Origin: an uncultured Gemmatimonadota bacterium
GTDB lineage: Bacteria > GCA-2686955
DNA: 41,450 nucleotides
Direction of reading: 5' to 3'
NCBI GenBank assembly: GCA_964490075.1
Contig: CAZBBK010000053.1
Span: 1 to 41,450 of the forward strand
Positions 19,362-29,501 of this stretch are shown here, in pieces. Every line of letters begins with the position of its first letter. Position 1 is the stretch's first letter. The notes beneath the pieces are model-generated. The model was not told the origin of the DNA, did no database searches, and was given only the letters and a program-made list of their open reading frames with translations. The translations under genes and the position numbers were made by a program.

Positions 19362-19686
19362 GCAGCAGAGACGACCGCAACGAACTGAACGCCAATCGAT
19401 TACACACCACGGCAGCGCGCCGCGCCCGACCCACCGTGGGCGCGGCGACACAGTCCCGCGGACGGGCGGACACGCCGCGCCAGGCGCCCCGGCCCCCACC
19501 CGGACCTCGAGCGAATGTGATCAGGCGTGGTGTAGCCCTTGATCCCGCAGTTCAAGAACTCCCACTCCTGCGTCCCGGTCGCTCCGACCAGCATCGCACA
19601 CCTGCGCGCGCGAAAAGAGCTCCCGGGGTTTCGCTTCGGCGTCCACCAGCTCGAGAGGAGCCGGTCCGGCCTTGACGCGCAGTCCG

Positions 19687-20625
19687 ATGGGATCGTTTAT
19701 GGCGCTCGTGTCCGCTTCGAGAACGAGATCGCCACGAAGCGCTTGCTGGGCATTGCCACTGATGCTGGCGACCACCGCGGCCGCCGCATCGGCCTGGGCG
19801 CTGCCCCCCGGCGAGCTGCGGGCGACGCTTTCGAGCTTCGTCTGGAGCACCGGCGAGCGCTATGCCGAGCGCCCGGGCCCACCCACCGACACCTATTCCA
19901 TCGGCGATCGCATCGCCTTCGACTTCGGCGGCGAGAGCGAAACCCTCGGCCTGCACACTTCGGTCGCGCTCGGTCTGACGCGCGGCGTCGAGGTCGGTCT
20001 GGCGATTCCCTGGGCGCGCGCGGAGTTTCGGAACAGCGCGGAGCGTTTGAACGCGCGAGGACTGGGCGACCTGCGCGCCTGGGCGGCAAAGGGGGAGCGT
20101 GTCGGTCCGCTCGCGTGCTCGGTGACCTTCGCGGTGAAGGCGCCGACCGGAGCCTTCGAGTCGGCCGCCTGGACGCTGCCGCTGGGGGATGGGCAATGGG
20201 ACTGGGATCTATCCCTGGCCGCCGGAAGGTCGTTCGCGGCTCTCTGGATCGAAACCTCCGCCGGGCATCGCCTGCGCGGAAGTCGAGGGAATGGTGCGCT
20301 TCAGCACGCGTCCGAATGGCTCTACAGCCTACGCGGTGGTTGGACCGGGGCCGGCCGCTGGGGGCTCGGCCTCGGCCTCGATGGCTTCGAGGGGCGGGCG
20401 GGCGCCGACCCCTGGGTGCGGGGCATCACCGACCGTGCTCTGACCTCCGGCCTTGCGGAGATCCGCATGCGTCCGACCATGGGGGCGTGGGGAATCGGGT
20501 TGCGGATGCGACACACATTGCGCGGTCGCAACCATCCGGCGGGCATCGAGTGGGCGCTCGGCATCGATACTCAGCTCTCGGTTGGTTTGCCGGCGCTCCT
20601 GCAGCGAAAAGGAGCGAGACCATGA
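19687..20625 (+). CDS. Putative outer-membrane beta-barrel / transporter-like protein
   Basis: Signal peptide, GLGDL, VKAPTG and LPLGDGQWD motifs, and amphipathic strands. Start is uncertain (19687 or 19699). Confidence 0.6.
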   Translation: MGSFMALVSASRTRSPRSACWALPLMLATTAAAASAWALPPGELRATLSSFVWSTGERYAERPGPPTDTYSIGDRIAFDFGGESETLGLHTSVALGLTRGVEVGLAIPWARAEFRNSAERLNARGLGDLRAWAAKGERVGPLACSVTFAVKAPTGAFESAAWTLPLGDGQWDWDLSLAAGRSFAALWIETSAGHRLRGSRGNGALQHASEWLYSLRGGWTGAGRWGLGLGLDGFEGRAGADPWVRGITDRALTSGLAEIRMRPTMGAWGIGLRMRHTLRGRNHPAGIEWALGIDTQLSVGLPALLQRKGARP

Positions 20626-21695
20626 GCTCGAAGATCATCGCGGCGACATCGTTGTTCGTGTGGGGCTGCGCCACCCCCGTGGGGCCTGGCTCGTACTCCG
20701 GCTGGGCGATTCCGGAGGAGCAAGTGTTCGTGGGCTGCGAGGGCGGACACGACTGCATTCCGGCGCTCACCAATCCGCGCATGGTCGCCCCGGGCGGCGA
20801 GCAGAGCGCCTACCTCGACGACGACGAGCGCGTGGTCGGAGTCGTGACCTCCGCCGGCCCGCGCGCCTATCCCCATCCGGTCCTGGACTGGCACGAGATC
20901 ATCAACGACGAAGCGGGCGGCGACGCCATCGCCGTCAACTACTGTCCCTTGACCGGCAGCGCCTACGTCTGGAGCCAGACTCTGGAGACCCAGGAGACGA
21001 CATTCGGCGTGTCGGGCTTTCTCTACAACAGCAACCTGATCCTCTACGACCGATCGACCGGCAGCCACTGGGCGCAGATGAGCGGGCAGGCGGTGCAGGG
21101 CGACCTGCGCGGCGCCCGGGCGCGGCAGGTTCCCTGGCTCGAGACCAAGTGGCGCACCTGGAAAGCGCTCCATCCCGACACCAAGGTGGTCTCCAGCCGC
21201 ACCGGCCACGATCGCGGCGGCTACCGCGGCTATCCGTACTTCGACCCGGTCATGGGCGACTATCGCAACAACGACTTCATCATCTTCCCGGTGGAGAACT
21301 GGGACACCCGCCTCGCCGCCAAGAAACGGGTCCTGGGGCTCGAGATCGGCGCCGCGGCGCGCGCCTATCCTCTGCCCGATCTGTGGGGCGCGCCGGTCAA
21401 CGACGAGCTGGGCGGCACGCCGCTGGTGGTGTTCGGAGACAACAACAACGATTTCGCGATCGCCTTCGACCGGCGGGTCGAAGGGCGCACGCTCAGCTTC
21501 GAGCGGGTGCCGGAGGAGTCGCCCGGCTACTTCCCTTACGCGCTGAGGGATCTCGAGACCGAGAGCCTGTGGACCATCGAGGGCGAGGCGCGCGAAGGGT
21601 CGCTGAGCGGCGTTCGTCTGACCCGACTGGACCAGGTCGTCGCCTACTGGTTCGCCTGGGCGGCCTTTCACCCCGAGACCGAGATCCGCGAATGA
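20622..21695 (+). CDS. DUF3179 domain putative lipoprotein
   Basis: Lipobox-like VWGC, then IPAL..P, RAYP...WHEIIND, YCPLTGS, GFLYNSNLILYDR and YWFAWAAFHPET. ATGA overlap with the upstream gene. Confidence 0.88.
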   Translation: MSSKIIAATSLFVWGCATPVGPGSYSGWAIPEEQVFVGCEGGHDCIPALTNPRMVAPGGEQSAYLDDDERVVGVVTSAGPRAYPHPVLDWHEIINDEAGGDAIAVNYCPLTGSAYVWSQTLETQETTFGVSGFLYNSNLILYDRSTGSHWAQMSGQAVQGDLRGARARQVPWLETKWRTWKALHPDTKVVSSRTGHDRGGYRGYPYFDPVMGDYRNNDFIIFPVENWDTRLAAKKRVLGLEIGAAARAYPLPDLWGAPVNDELGGTPLVVFGDNNNDFAIAFDRRVEGRTLSFERVPEESPGYFPYALRDLETESLWTIEGEAREGSLSGVRLTRLDQVVAYWFAWAAFHPETEIRE

Positions 21696-21728
21696 GCCGC
21701 CGCTTTTCCACGCCGCCCGTGTGAGAAG

Positions 21729-21744
21729 TGGCACCGGAGATGCA
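21729..21744 (+). promoter_or_regulatory. Putative sigma54 promoter upstream of yceI
   Basis: TGGCAC-CGGAG-ATGCA with GG-N10-GC spacing. Confidence 0.6.
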
Positions 21745-21804
21745 CTCAATCGTCGATGAGCGCCCCGCGGCGCCCACCCACCAACACTCGAAGGAGACCT
21801 TCCC

Positions 21805-22437
21805 ATGAAGACCATCGACCTCCAATCCTCGCTTCGCGGCTCCGTCCGGGCCTCCGCGCTGGCCTTCGCCCTGCTCGGCTCATCCGCCGCCGCCGGCCCG
21901 GCCGGCTGGGGCATCGACCGGGTCCACACCGAGATCAACTTCAGCGTCGACCACTTCTTCACCCCCGTGAGCGGCAGCTTCGGGGAGTTCGAGGTCGACC
22001 TGAAGTACGATGCCGAGCATCCCGAGCACAGCTCGGTGCAGGTTCGCATCGATGTCGCCAGCATCGATACCGGCAACAGCAAGCGCGATCAGCACCTGCG
22101 CTCGCCCGACTGGTTCGACGCCGGCGCGCATCCGCACATCAGCTTCCAGAGCTCGGCGGTGCGCCGCGCGGGCGAGGGCGAGCTGGTCGCCACCGGAACG
22201 CTCGAGATGCGCGGCAACAAGCGTCAGATCGAGCTGCCGATCAAGATCCTCGGAACGCGTCAGATCCCGCCGCCGATGCAGGCGATGCTCGGCGGCGCCA
22301 AAGAGGTGACCAGCTTCGAGGCATCGACCACCATCGACCGCGGCGACTACCAGGTCGGAACCGGCAACTGGGCCGCCACCATGGTGGTGGGCGGCGAGGT
22401 CGAGATAAGGATTCTGGCGGAAGCGCATCGGCGCTAG
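21805..22437 (+). CDS. yceI: YceI family lipid/polyisoprenoid-binding protein
   Basis: AAGGAG RBS, signal peptide, ID..HT.I.F.V.H and SIDTGN.KRDQHLRS.DWF motifs. Confidence 0.92.
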   Translation: MKTIDLQSSLRGSVRASALAFALLGSSAAAGPAGWGIDRVHTEINFSVDHFFTPVSGSFGEFEVDLKYDAEHPEHSSVQVRIDVASIDTGNSKRDQHLRSPDWFDAGAHPHISFQSSAVRRAGEGELVATGTLEMRGNKRQIELPIKILGTRQIPPPMQAMLGGAKEVTSFEASTTIDRGDYQVGTGNWAATMVVGGEVEIRILAEAHRR

Positions 22438-22530
22438 CGCCACTCCCGCCGACCTCTCACACTTCGGGCCGAGATCGTCGGCGGGCGATGAACGCGGCGT
22501 CGGAGAACTGTGTCGGTTGCACCGCGCAGG

Positions 22531-23568
22531 TCAGATCGCGAAGCGGTAGTTCATGACGTCCCCATCCTGCACCACGTACTGCTTTCCCTCCAGGCGCATG
22601 CGTCCCGCTGCCTTGAGCGCCGCCTCGCTGCCCAGCTCTTCCAGGTCGGCGAGCCGGTAGACCTCGGCGCGAATGAAGCCGCGTTCGATGTCGCTGTGGA
22701 CCTTGCCGGCCGCGCGCCGTGCCGGGGTGCCGCGGCGGATGGTCCAGGCGCGGCATTCGTCGGGGCCGACGGTCAGGAAGCTGATCAGGTCGAGCAGGCG
22801 GTAGGCGTTCCTGATGAACTGGTCGCGCGCCGGCTCGCCGATGCCGAGCCCCTCCAGGAACTCGGCCTGCTCGGCGCGGTCGAGGGCGGCGATCTCTGCC
22901 TCCAGAGCGCCCGAGAGTCCCATCGAGAGCGATCGCGGCTCCTCTTCGCGGATCCGCCGATGTGGCTCGTGGGCCGGGTCCGAGAAACGCTCCTCGGAGA
23001 GATTGTAGAGGGTGATCAGCGGCTTGGCCGAGAGCAGCTGCACTTCGCGCAGGGTCCGCCACTGCGCCTCGTCGAGGTCGAGCCGGCGCAGCGGCTCGCC
23101 GGCCTCGAGATGGGCCAGACAGCGCGCCGTGATCTCGGTCGCGGCGTCCTTGCGGGCCTCCTTGCGAAAGCGCTCCAGGCGCTTCTCGAGCACCAGCTGG
23201 TCGAGCAGCACGATCTCGTCGGCGAAGAGCCGGGCGTCGCGATCAAGGTCGACCTCTTTGCCCAGCATCGGGTTGTCGAAGCCGCGCACCACGTGGGCCA
23301 GTACGTCGACGTTGCGCATCCCCTGCACCACCTCGGCGGGAAAGGCCCCGGCGTTGTAGCGCCCGGGTTCTCCGCCCACGTCGACGAACACGATCTCGGC
23401 GTAGACCCTCTTCTTGGGACTAAAAATCTCGGCCAGGCGGTCGACGCGCTCGTCGGGCACCAGAATGCGGCCATAAGTCACGCCGCGCTGCGACCAGGTC
23501 TCGCTGGCCAGCGCTTCGAAAACAACCGTCTTGCCGGCTCCGGGGTAGCCGCAGATACCAACGCGCAT
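22531..23568 (-). CDS. ychF: YchF/Obg-family ribosome-binding ATPase
   Basis: GYPGAGKT, VPDERVD, FLTVGPDECRAW, AGKVHSDIERGFIRAE and RLEGKQYVVQDGD motifs. Confidence 0.92.
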   Translation of the reverse strand: MRVGICGYPGAGKTVVFEALASETWSQRGVTYGRILVPDERVDRLAEIFSPKKRVYAEIVFVDVGGEPGRYNAGAFPAEVVQGMRNVDVLAHVVRGFDNPMLGKEVDLDRDARLFADEIVLLDQLVLEKRLERFRKEARKDAATEITARCLAHLEAGEPLRRLDLDEAQWRTLREVQLLSAKPLITLYNLSEERFSDPAHEPHRRIREEEPRSLSMGLSGALEAEIAALDRAEQAEFLEGLGIGEPARDQFIRNAYRLLDLISFLTVGPDECRAWTIRRGTPARRAAGKVHSDIERGFIRAEVYRLADLEELGSEAALKAAGRMRLEGKQYVVQDGDVMNYRFAI

Positions 23569-23651
23569 GGGGTTCTCCGCAAGGAATCGAAAGCGGCACC
23601 ATAGCGCGAAGCCCGCAGCTCCGGCATCCGGATCGACGCCCGCTGCCCGCT

Positions 23652-24260
23652 TCAGGCGCGCAGAAGCTCCCGCAGCCGCTCCCGCCCCTCGCGGTAGATC
23701 GACTGGCCGTCGCCGACCAGCACCGCCCGCACACCGCCCAGCTCCGCGAGCCGGGCCACCGAACGCAGAGCCGCGCCCCGATCGCTCAGCTTCTCGTCCG
23801 GCAAGAGGTTCAACGATCCGGCGCGCTGGCCCCGCACCAGGTCGCCGGTGATCAGGGTCTCGCCATCGGGCAGCAGAAAGGCCAGCTCACCGGGGGTCTT
23901 GGATCCGCGCATCCAGAGGCAGCGCACACCCCCGCGCAGCGCATCGTCCTCCAGCCAGTGGTCGACGCCGAGCGTCGCGAGTTCGCCGAGACCGCGCTCC
24001 GCGGCCGGCGCCGCGACCTCCGCCCCCCAGCGCTCCACGAATGCCGCCGCGGCGCGCACATGATCGGCGGTGCTGATCATCACCAGGTCGACTCCGCCCA
24101 GGTCCGAGATCTGCCGGGCATCGTGGTCGCTCGGCGGCATCGGGTCGAAGGCGATGTTGGGGCCCTCGGCCTGGACCAGGAGGTGGCCGTTGAAGTCCAG
24201 GTCGCGGGATTCGTCGAAGCAGGACCAGGCGAAGAGATCGGGACGGTGCAGTTTTTTCAC
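23652..24260 (-). CDS. Metallo-beta-lactamase fold protein
   Basis: STADHVR, GSKTPGE, ITGDL and VLVGDG motifs (degenerate metal site). Confidence 0.8.
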   Translation of the reverse strand: MKKLHRPDLFAWSCFDESRDLDFNGHLLVQAEGPNIAFDPMPPSDHDARQISDLGGVDLVMISTADHVRAAAAFVERWGAEVAAPAAERGLGELATLGVDHWLEDDALRGGVRCLWMRGSKTPGELAFLLPDGETLITGDLVRGQRAGSLNLLPDEKLSDRGAALRSVARLAELGGVRAVLVGDGQSIYREGRERLRELLRA

Positions 24261-24284
24261 ACCGGCAGGGTAGGCCGGTCCCGG

Positions 24285-25091
24285 TCAGGCCGCCAGCACC
24301 CCACCTTCCAGCACGATCTCGAGCGGGCAGTGGTCGGAGCCCATCACCCGCGGGGTGATTCGGGCCGAGCGCAGGAAGGGCAGGGCGGCCGGCGAGAGCA
24401 GGTGATAGTCGATGCGCCAGCCGATATTCTTCTCGCGAGCACCGGCGCGCTGGCTCCACCAAGTGTAGTGACCCCCCTCGTCGTTCAGATGGCGGAAGCT
24501 GTCGACCCAGCCCGCCGCCAGCCAACGCCGCAGCTCGGCGCGTTCCTCGGGCAGGAAACCGGTGGTCTGTGTGTTCTGCCTGGGGCGGGCCAGGTCGATC
24601 TCCTCCACCGCGGTGTTGAAATCACCCATGACGACGATCCGGCCGCCGCGCTCCTTCTCCTCCTCGAGCATCTCGAAAAGGTGTCGGTAGAAATCCAGCT
24701 TGAAGGGAACCCGGCTGTTGTCGCGGTTCTTGCCGCCGCCGTTCGGGAAGTAACAGTTGACGATGCGCAGCGCGCCGAAGCGGGCCGACTGGTAGCGCCC
24801 CTCGGCATCGTACTCCGCCACACCCATGGAGCGCTCGATCCGATCCGGGCGGTCCCGGCTGTAGAGCGCCACGCCGCTGTAGCCCTTGCGCTGCGCCGGG
24901 AAGAAGTCGGCGTGATAGCCCTTGGGTGTCCGCACCTCCTCCGGGAGCTGCTCCGGCAGCGCCCGCACCTCTTGCAGGCCGATGATCGGGCTGCGTGCCG
25001 AGGCGAGCCAATCGCCAAAGCCCTTCTTGGCGGCCGCGCGCAGGCCGTTGACGTTCCAGGAGCTGATCTTGAGGGTCTTGCGTGGCGGCAT
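24285..25091 (-). CDS. xth: Exodeoxyribonuclease III (AP endonuclease)
   Basis: SWNVNGLRA, LQE, KGYSGV, YFPNG, GDFN, GWRIDY and SDHCP motifs. Confidence 0.95.
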   Translation of the reverse strand: MPPRKTLKISSWNVNGLRAAAKKGFGDWLASARSPIIGLQEVRALPEQLPEEVRTPKGYHADFFPAQRKGYSGVALYSRDRPDRIERSMGVAEYDAEGRYQSARFGALRIVNCYFPNGGGKNRDNSRVPFKLDFYRHLFEMLEEEKERGGRIVVMGDFNTAVEEIDLARPRQNTQTTGFLPEERAELRRWLAAGWVDSFRHLNDEGGHYTWWSQRAGAREKNIGWRIDYHLLSPAALPFLRSARITPRVMGSDHCPLEIVLEGGVLAA

Positions 25092-25206
25092 GGGGGCTCG
25101 GGTCCGTTTTGCGGTGCTCATCTCGGCGGCGGTCGGCGCCATTCTGCGGCGCGAATCGTCGCGGCGCAAGAGTGGGATGTTAGGCTCCCCGGAAGAGGAA
25201 CTGAAG

Positions 25207-25963
25207 ATGGTCCGTGCCACACCCGAACCCCAGCCCTCGATGCGCTGCGTCCGTGCCCTGGCGCCTGTCCTCGCCTGGACCTTGGCCGCGACCGGCCCGC
25301 TCCACGCTATCACGATCCACGTTCCCCGCGACCACCCTACGATCCAGGGGGCGATCCACGCCGCCGTCGATGGGGATTCCGTGCTGGTCGCGCCCGGCAC
25401 CTACCAGGAATCGGCCATCTCCTTCGACGGCAAGGCGATCACGGTCGCTGCCCTGGGCACCGCGGCGCGGACGGTCGTGCAAGGGGACGGGACCGAGGTG
25501 GTGTTCTCCTTCCACGAAGGCGAGGACTCGACGAGCGTGTTGCGAGGGTTCGAGATCACCGGTGGGGGAGGGGATTGGCAAGGCGGTGGAGGAATCGAAT
25601 GTGTTGGATCCTCGCCCACGATCGTCGCGTGCGTCGTTCATGGGAATCGCGAGAGCGGCGTGGTCATCGCCTCCTCCGCGATCCTCGAAGAATGCGTGAT
25701 CGAGCGGAACACTGTGTCATATTCGAGAGCTCCGCGCGCTCGGGCGCCGGGATCTACGAGTCCGGGTACAGCCCGGACGGGCGACTGATCGAGAACTGTG
25801 TCATCGTGGGGAACTTCGGCGACGGACTGGCCTCGCGCGAGAGCCTGTACGGTGATCGTCTGAGCGGCGTGATCATCAGGGGGAATCTCGCGATCAGATC
25901 GACGCCGAATCCTGGTCCGTGACCATCGATCACAGCAACATCCAGGGCGGCTGGCCGGGCACC
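25207..25963 (+). pseudogene. Degraded parallel beta-helix secreted protein
   Basis: Signal peptide plus TIHVPRDHPTIQGAI..GTY..GKAITV. Frame change near 25720. An isolated VTIDHSNIQGGWPGT (25919-25963) matches the C-terminal motif of the gene at 3-1352, implying internal deletions. Confidence 0.75.
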
Positions 25964-26285
25964 GTCAGCGCGGCGGTCAAATAGCGGCGCATTGCTCTCA
26001 TTTCGAGCCCCCTTGGTTTTCGCCGCCGCGGCGGCTCTTCCGATTCCGGCGTCTTGGCTGTCCCGCTTCGTTGGCTTCAGTAGAACACGAAGCGGTCACC
26101 GAAGGGTAGGAATCTCGGAAATCCAGTCTCCGCACGAGATCACTCCGACGGGGTTAGAGTAACCACCATCCCACGACCCTTCGCGCCCACGAAACCGGCG
26201 AGACGCCGGTCGAAGGAAGGCGATGCGCGGGGCTGCCTGGCAGGGACGGGGGGCCGGACTTGCCGAATCGAATGAGGTGGAGAGA

Positions 26286-27359
26286 ATGAGCGGCAGAAGA
26301 GGCGTTGCGTGCGTGAGGTTTGCAGCAGTGGCCTTGGTGCTCGCTCTCACGTCATCCGCTCCCGTTCACGGCGACGAGTGGCAGCAGGTGCAGGGCGATG
26401 CTCCTCCTAGCCGATTTGCGCATTCTATGGTGCAGATCGATGGCCAAGCACATGTATTTGGCGGGTACAGCAACGAGCAAGGCGCGCCATTCAATGACAT
26501 ATGGGAAACCGATGCTGAAATGTGGCAGGAATTAGAGCCGACAGGTAACAGACCAAGCGGGCGCTACTACCACGCCGCCGCCGTCGACAACGACAAGATG
26601 TACGTGTTCTTCGGCGCCGATGGCCAAGGCGGAGTACATCCAGATATATGGTACTACAACCCCGCCGACAGCACCTGGACCCAGGCCCCTCCCGGAGGAG
26701 GCCCCAACCCCAGGCAAAACCACAGCGCTACCTCTTTGGGCGACGGCCGCATCGTGGTCTTCGGCGGCCGTGAGCAGTACACATTCGCCGATGCCAGCGC
26801 CTGGATCTACAACACCGCGGACGGAACCTGGCAACCGGGATCGTCACTGCCGGCCGGTGCTCGCTACGCACATGGCGCCGTGGGCGTGAATGGCAAGGTC
26901 CATGTCTTTGGCGGCGTCAGTCTGAGTGGCTACGAAAACGACTTCTGGGTCTACGACCAAGTCATGGTTGTACATACCGGATGAGGGCGGCATCCCGCCG
27001 GTTCCCGACATCAAAGCCAACGGCTCGGACGGGCCCTTGACCATCGCTCAACAGGATTCCTTGTCGGTCACGATCTCTCTCGTTCCCGGCACCTTCCACG
27101 GACTCGATGCGGACTGGTGGGTCCTGGCCGCCAGTCAGTTCGGATGGCACCACTGCGAGGAAAACACCGGCGCCTGGCTGCCCGGCCTCGTCGTCACCCA
27201 CCAGGGCGCCCTCTATCCCCCCCGCAAACCGAGGTCCTGAACCGATCCGGTCTGCCCCTGGGGTCTTACACCTGCTATTTCGGCGTCGACCTGAGCATGA
27301 ACGGCGAGATGGACGGTCTGCTCTATGCCGACAGTGTGGCGGTGATTGTTACGGACTGA
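26286..27359 (+). pseudogene. Kelch-repeat secreted protein with two frameshifts
   Basis: Signal peptide and Kelch repeats (R..H...VFGG...W). Frame shifts near 26960 and in a C7 run near 27217-27223. C-terminal domain PVPDIKANGSDGP..DWWV..YFGVD. Confidence 0.75.
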
Positions 27360-27403
27360 GAACGTGCGTCCCAAAGTCGGCGAAGCCCGCGCCTGGACCC
27401 GAG

Positions 27404-29056
27404 TCAGTCGACCGGCTGCTCGATCTGCGGCTCACAGAGGGGAGGCAGCGCCATGGAATCGCGAAGCGAGGCCAGCGCCGCACGCACGTCGAGGCGGCCG
27501 TGGCCCCAATGCTCGTCGTGGCGGGGGCCTGGGTCGACGGCGTCGGCGCTTTCGATCAGCACTTCTCGAATGGCGCTTCCATCGAGCTCCGGGTAGGCCT
27601 GACGCAGCAACAGGATCGCGCCGGCCACCTGGGGAGCGGCGAACGAGGTGCCGACATCGCCGAGGGCGTCGCCGGGGGCGACCAGCTCCGGTTTCTCGGC
27701 CAGCGGCAGACCGTCGGGACCGTGGTTCGACCAGGCATAAATGGTGTCGTCGCCGCGATCGGCGGGGACCGCCATGTCGTAGGCGCCGACGGTGATCGCC
27801 TCGCTGGCGGCGGCCAGCTCGCCGAAGCCCTCGCCTTCGGCACCGCAGTTGCCGGCGGCCACCACCACCGGCAGGTCGCGGGCGCGCACCAGCTGGTTGA
27901 CCGCCTTGGAGACCGGGTCCTGGCCGTGCGCGGACTGGAACGACTCGCAGGCGTCGCCCGAGCCGGGCACGAAACGATGGGCGACCGGGCCGCCGTCGGC
28001 GAAGGAGATGTTGACGACATCGATGCCGTGCAGCTCGCGGGCCGGTGCGCCGGGAGTGCTGAAGGTGGCGTCGGCTTGGTGGTAGATCCAGTCGAGGGCG
28101 CTGAGCAGATCGGCGCTGGTGGCGGAGTAACCGTTCTCGGTGCTCGATACGATGTTGATGTCGAGGAAGGCGGCCAGGGGAGCGACGCCGCAGATGCCGG
28201 TAGCGGCGGCGGAACCGACCCCGGTGGCGACATAGCCGACGCGCGTGCCGTGGCGCAGGTCGGCGAAGCTGAGGTCTGGTGGATTCCCCTCGAAGCCGGT
28301 GGTCGCGTCGTAGCCGCCGGCGCAGAGCAGCCGGTCGGTGGGCAGGGAGTGGATGCCGGTGTCGACGATGGCGATCAGGCGGCCGCGGCCGTCGCATTGC
28401 GTGGAGCCGGGGTCGGAGAGCTGGGCGCGGCGCCAGGTGTCGGGACGCACCCGATCGGCGATGTTGTAGGCGGCGCCTTCCTTGCTGTCGGAGGTGGCGT
28501 GGAAGCGGTGCAGGGCGTGGACCATGCGGATCGAGAGCTCCGCGTCGGGGTCCAGCAGATCGGCGAGGAAGGGATCGAGGTAGCCGAGCTCGTCGTCCCA
28601 GAGCGGATAGTGGAGGCGGGTCTCGACCACGAAGGCGGCGGGAACCACGGAGTAGTCGTGTTGCACCCCGGCGCGCCCGGCGAAGTGGGTCCACACCAGC
28701 GTCTGGACCGTGTCCACGAGCTCGTCGCGACGCTCGCTCCAGGGCTGGGGGTAGAACTCGATCAGCAGGTCGGTGCGCTGGCTGTGGGGCGCCTCGATGA
28801 CCTGCCCGGGACCGCCGGCGAGCCTGCGACCGGGATTGTCGACGTCGGGGTAGGGCAGGAGCTCCAGCTCGTCGTCGAGGCGGTTGTGATTCTGATCGAG
28901 CTGAGGGCCGGACTCGGTGCGCCAGATCGGCGAGACCAGCCCGGGGCCGCGCACCGGTTCGCCGGCGCGGGCGGGACAGGGGACGGCGGCGACGCAGGCG
29001 ATTGCCGCCAGGACCAGGAGGGGGACGCGGTTCGGCTCGGGCGCGGTGCGCGGCAT
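27404..29056 (-). CDS. Subtilisin-like S8 serine peptidase
   Basis: Catalytic triad motifs IVDTGI / HGTRV / GTSFAAPQVAG, oxyanion AAGN and a signal peptide. Start 29056 or 29098. Confidence 0.9.
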   Translation of the reverse strand: MPRTAPEPNRVPLLVLAAIACVAAVPCPARAGEPVRGPGLVSPIWRTESGPQLDQNHNRLDDELELLPYPDVDNPGRRLAGGPGQVIEAPHSQRTDLLIEFYPQPWSERRDELVDTVQTLVWTHFAGRAGVQHDYSVVPAAFVVETRLHYPLWDDELGYLDPFLADLLDPDAELSIRMVHALHRFHATSDSKEGAAYNIADRVRPDTWRRAQLSDPGSTQCDGRGRLIAIVDTGIHSLPTDRLLCAGGYDATTGFEGNPPDLSFADLRHGTRVGYVATGVGSAAATGICGVAPLAAFLDINIVSSTENGYSATSADLLSALDWIYHQADATFSTPGAPARELHGIDVVNISFADGGPVAHRFVPGSGDACESFQSAHGQDPVSKAVNQLVRARDLPVVVAAGNCGAEGEGFGELAAASEAITVGAYDMAVPADRGDDTIYAWSNHGPDGLPLAEKPELVAPGDALGDVGTSFAAPQVAGAILLLRQAYPELDGSAIREVLIESADAVDPGPRHDEHWGHGRLDVRAALASLRDSMALPPLCEPQIEQPVD

Positions 29057-29321
29057 GGCGGGGCCTCTGTTTCTCGCGGGATGTTGGCTCTCGGTCATGG
29101 GGTCGCGCCGGCGAGGTTCTGGGATACGAGGGGATGAGGAAATCTAACCGGGCTCCGGCGGCCGGTCGCATGGGGTAGGTCGCGTGCTCGGGTGGATCAT
29201 TACGTCTGGGCTCGTCGCGTGGGAGGATCGAGAGGTCGACGCCCGGCGCGGCCCGGGAAACTGGCGCTGGATCGGCGCGCCGCCGGGGCGCGGCGACCGG
29301 GCGCTCGATCGGCTGGACTGA

Positions 29322-29501
29322 GCCCACCTCATTCACCAACTCGCTACTGCAACGACGCATGCCCGCACGTGGCCGGCACTTCACGCACTTGTCGCTTGTG
29401 CGGCGTAGGTGAAACTACGCCTCCGCGCGCTAAGCACGTGAAGTGCCGGCCACGCACGGACCTGCGCCGTTTCGCTACGCGATTTGGTGAACAAGGTGGA
29501 C
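29322..29501 (-). repeat. 180 bp long imperfect palindrome (structured RNA or MITE-like element)
   Basis: Perfect 18 bp core (29368-29385 with 29437-29454), extended arms and an apical GGCGTAG/CTACGCC stem. Flanked by TGA on both sides. Confidence 0.9.

Noticed and set aside
19500-19594. Minus-strand peptide WEFLNCGIKGYTT resembling SGNH hydrolase block II
   Set aside because: Too short, and no other SGNH blocks are present. At most a remnant.
1357-26160. GTTAGGC/GTTAGCC/GTTAGAG-like integron core sites before several genes
   Set aside because: No matching RYYYAAC arms or attC L boxes and no integrase. They are better explained as -10 boxes.
23958-29384. Long alternative ORFs (23958-25922, 27107-29137, 27432-29384)
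   Set aside because: Shadow frames of real genes in GC-rich DNA. Only the last part of 23958-25922 belongs to the beta-helix pseudogene.
29322-29501. 6S RNA or SRP RNA identity
   Set aside because: The length fits 6S but the large central bubble is absent, and no SRP domain IV motif was recognised. Not formally excluded without cmscan.
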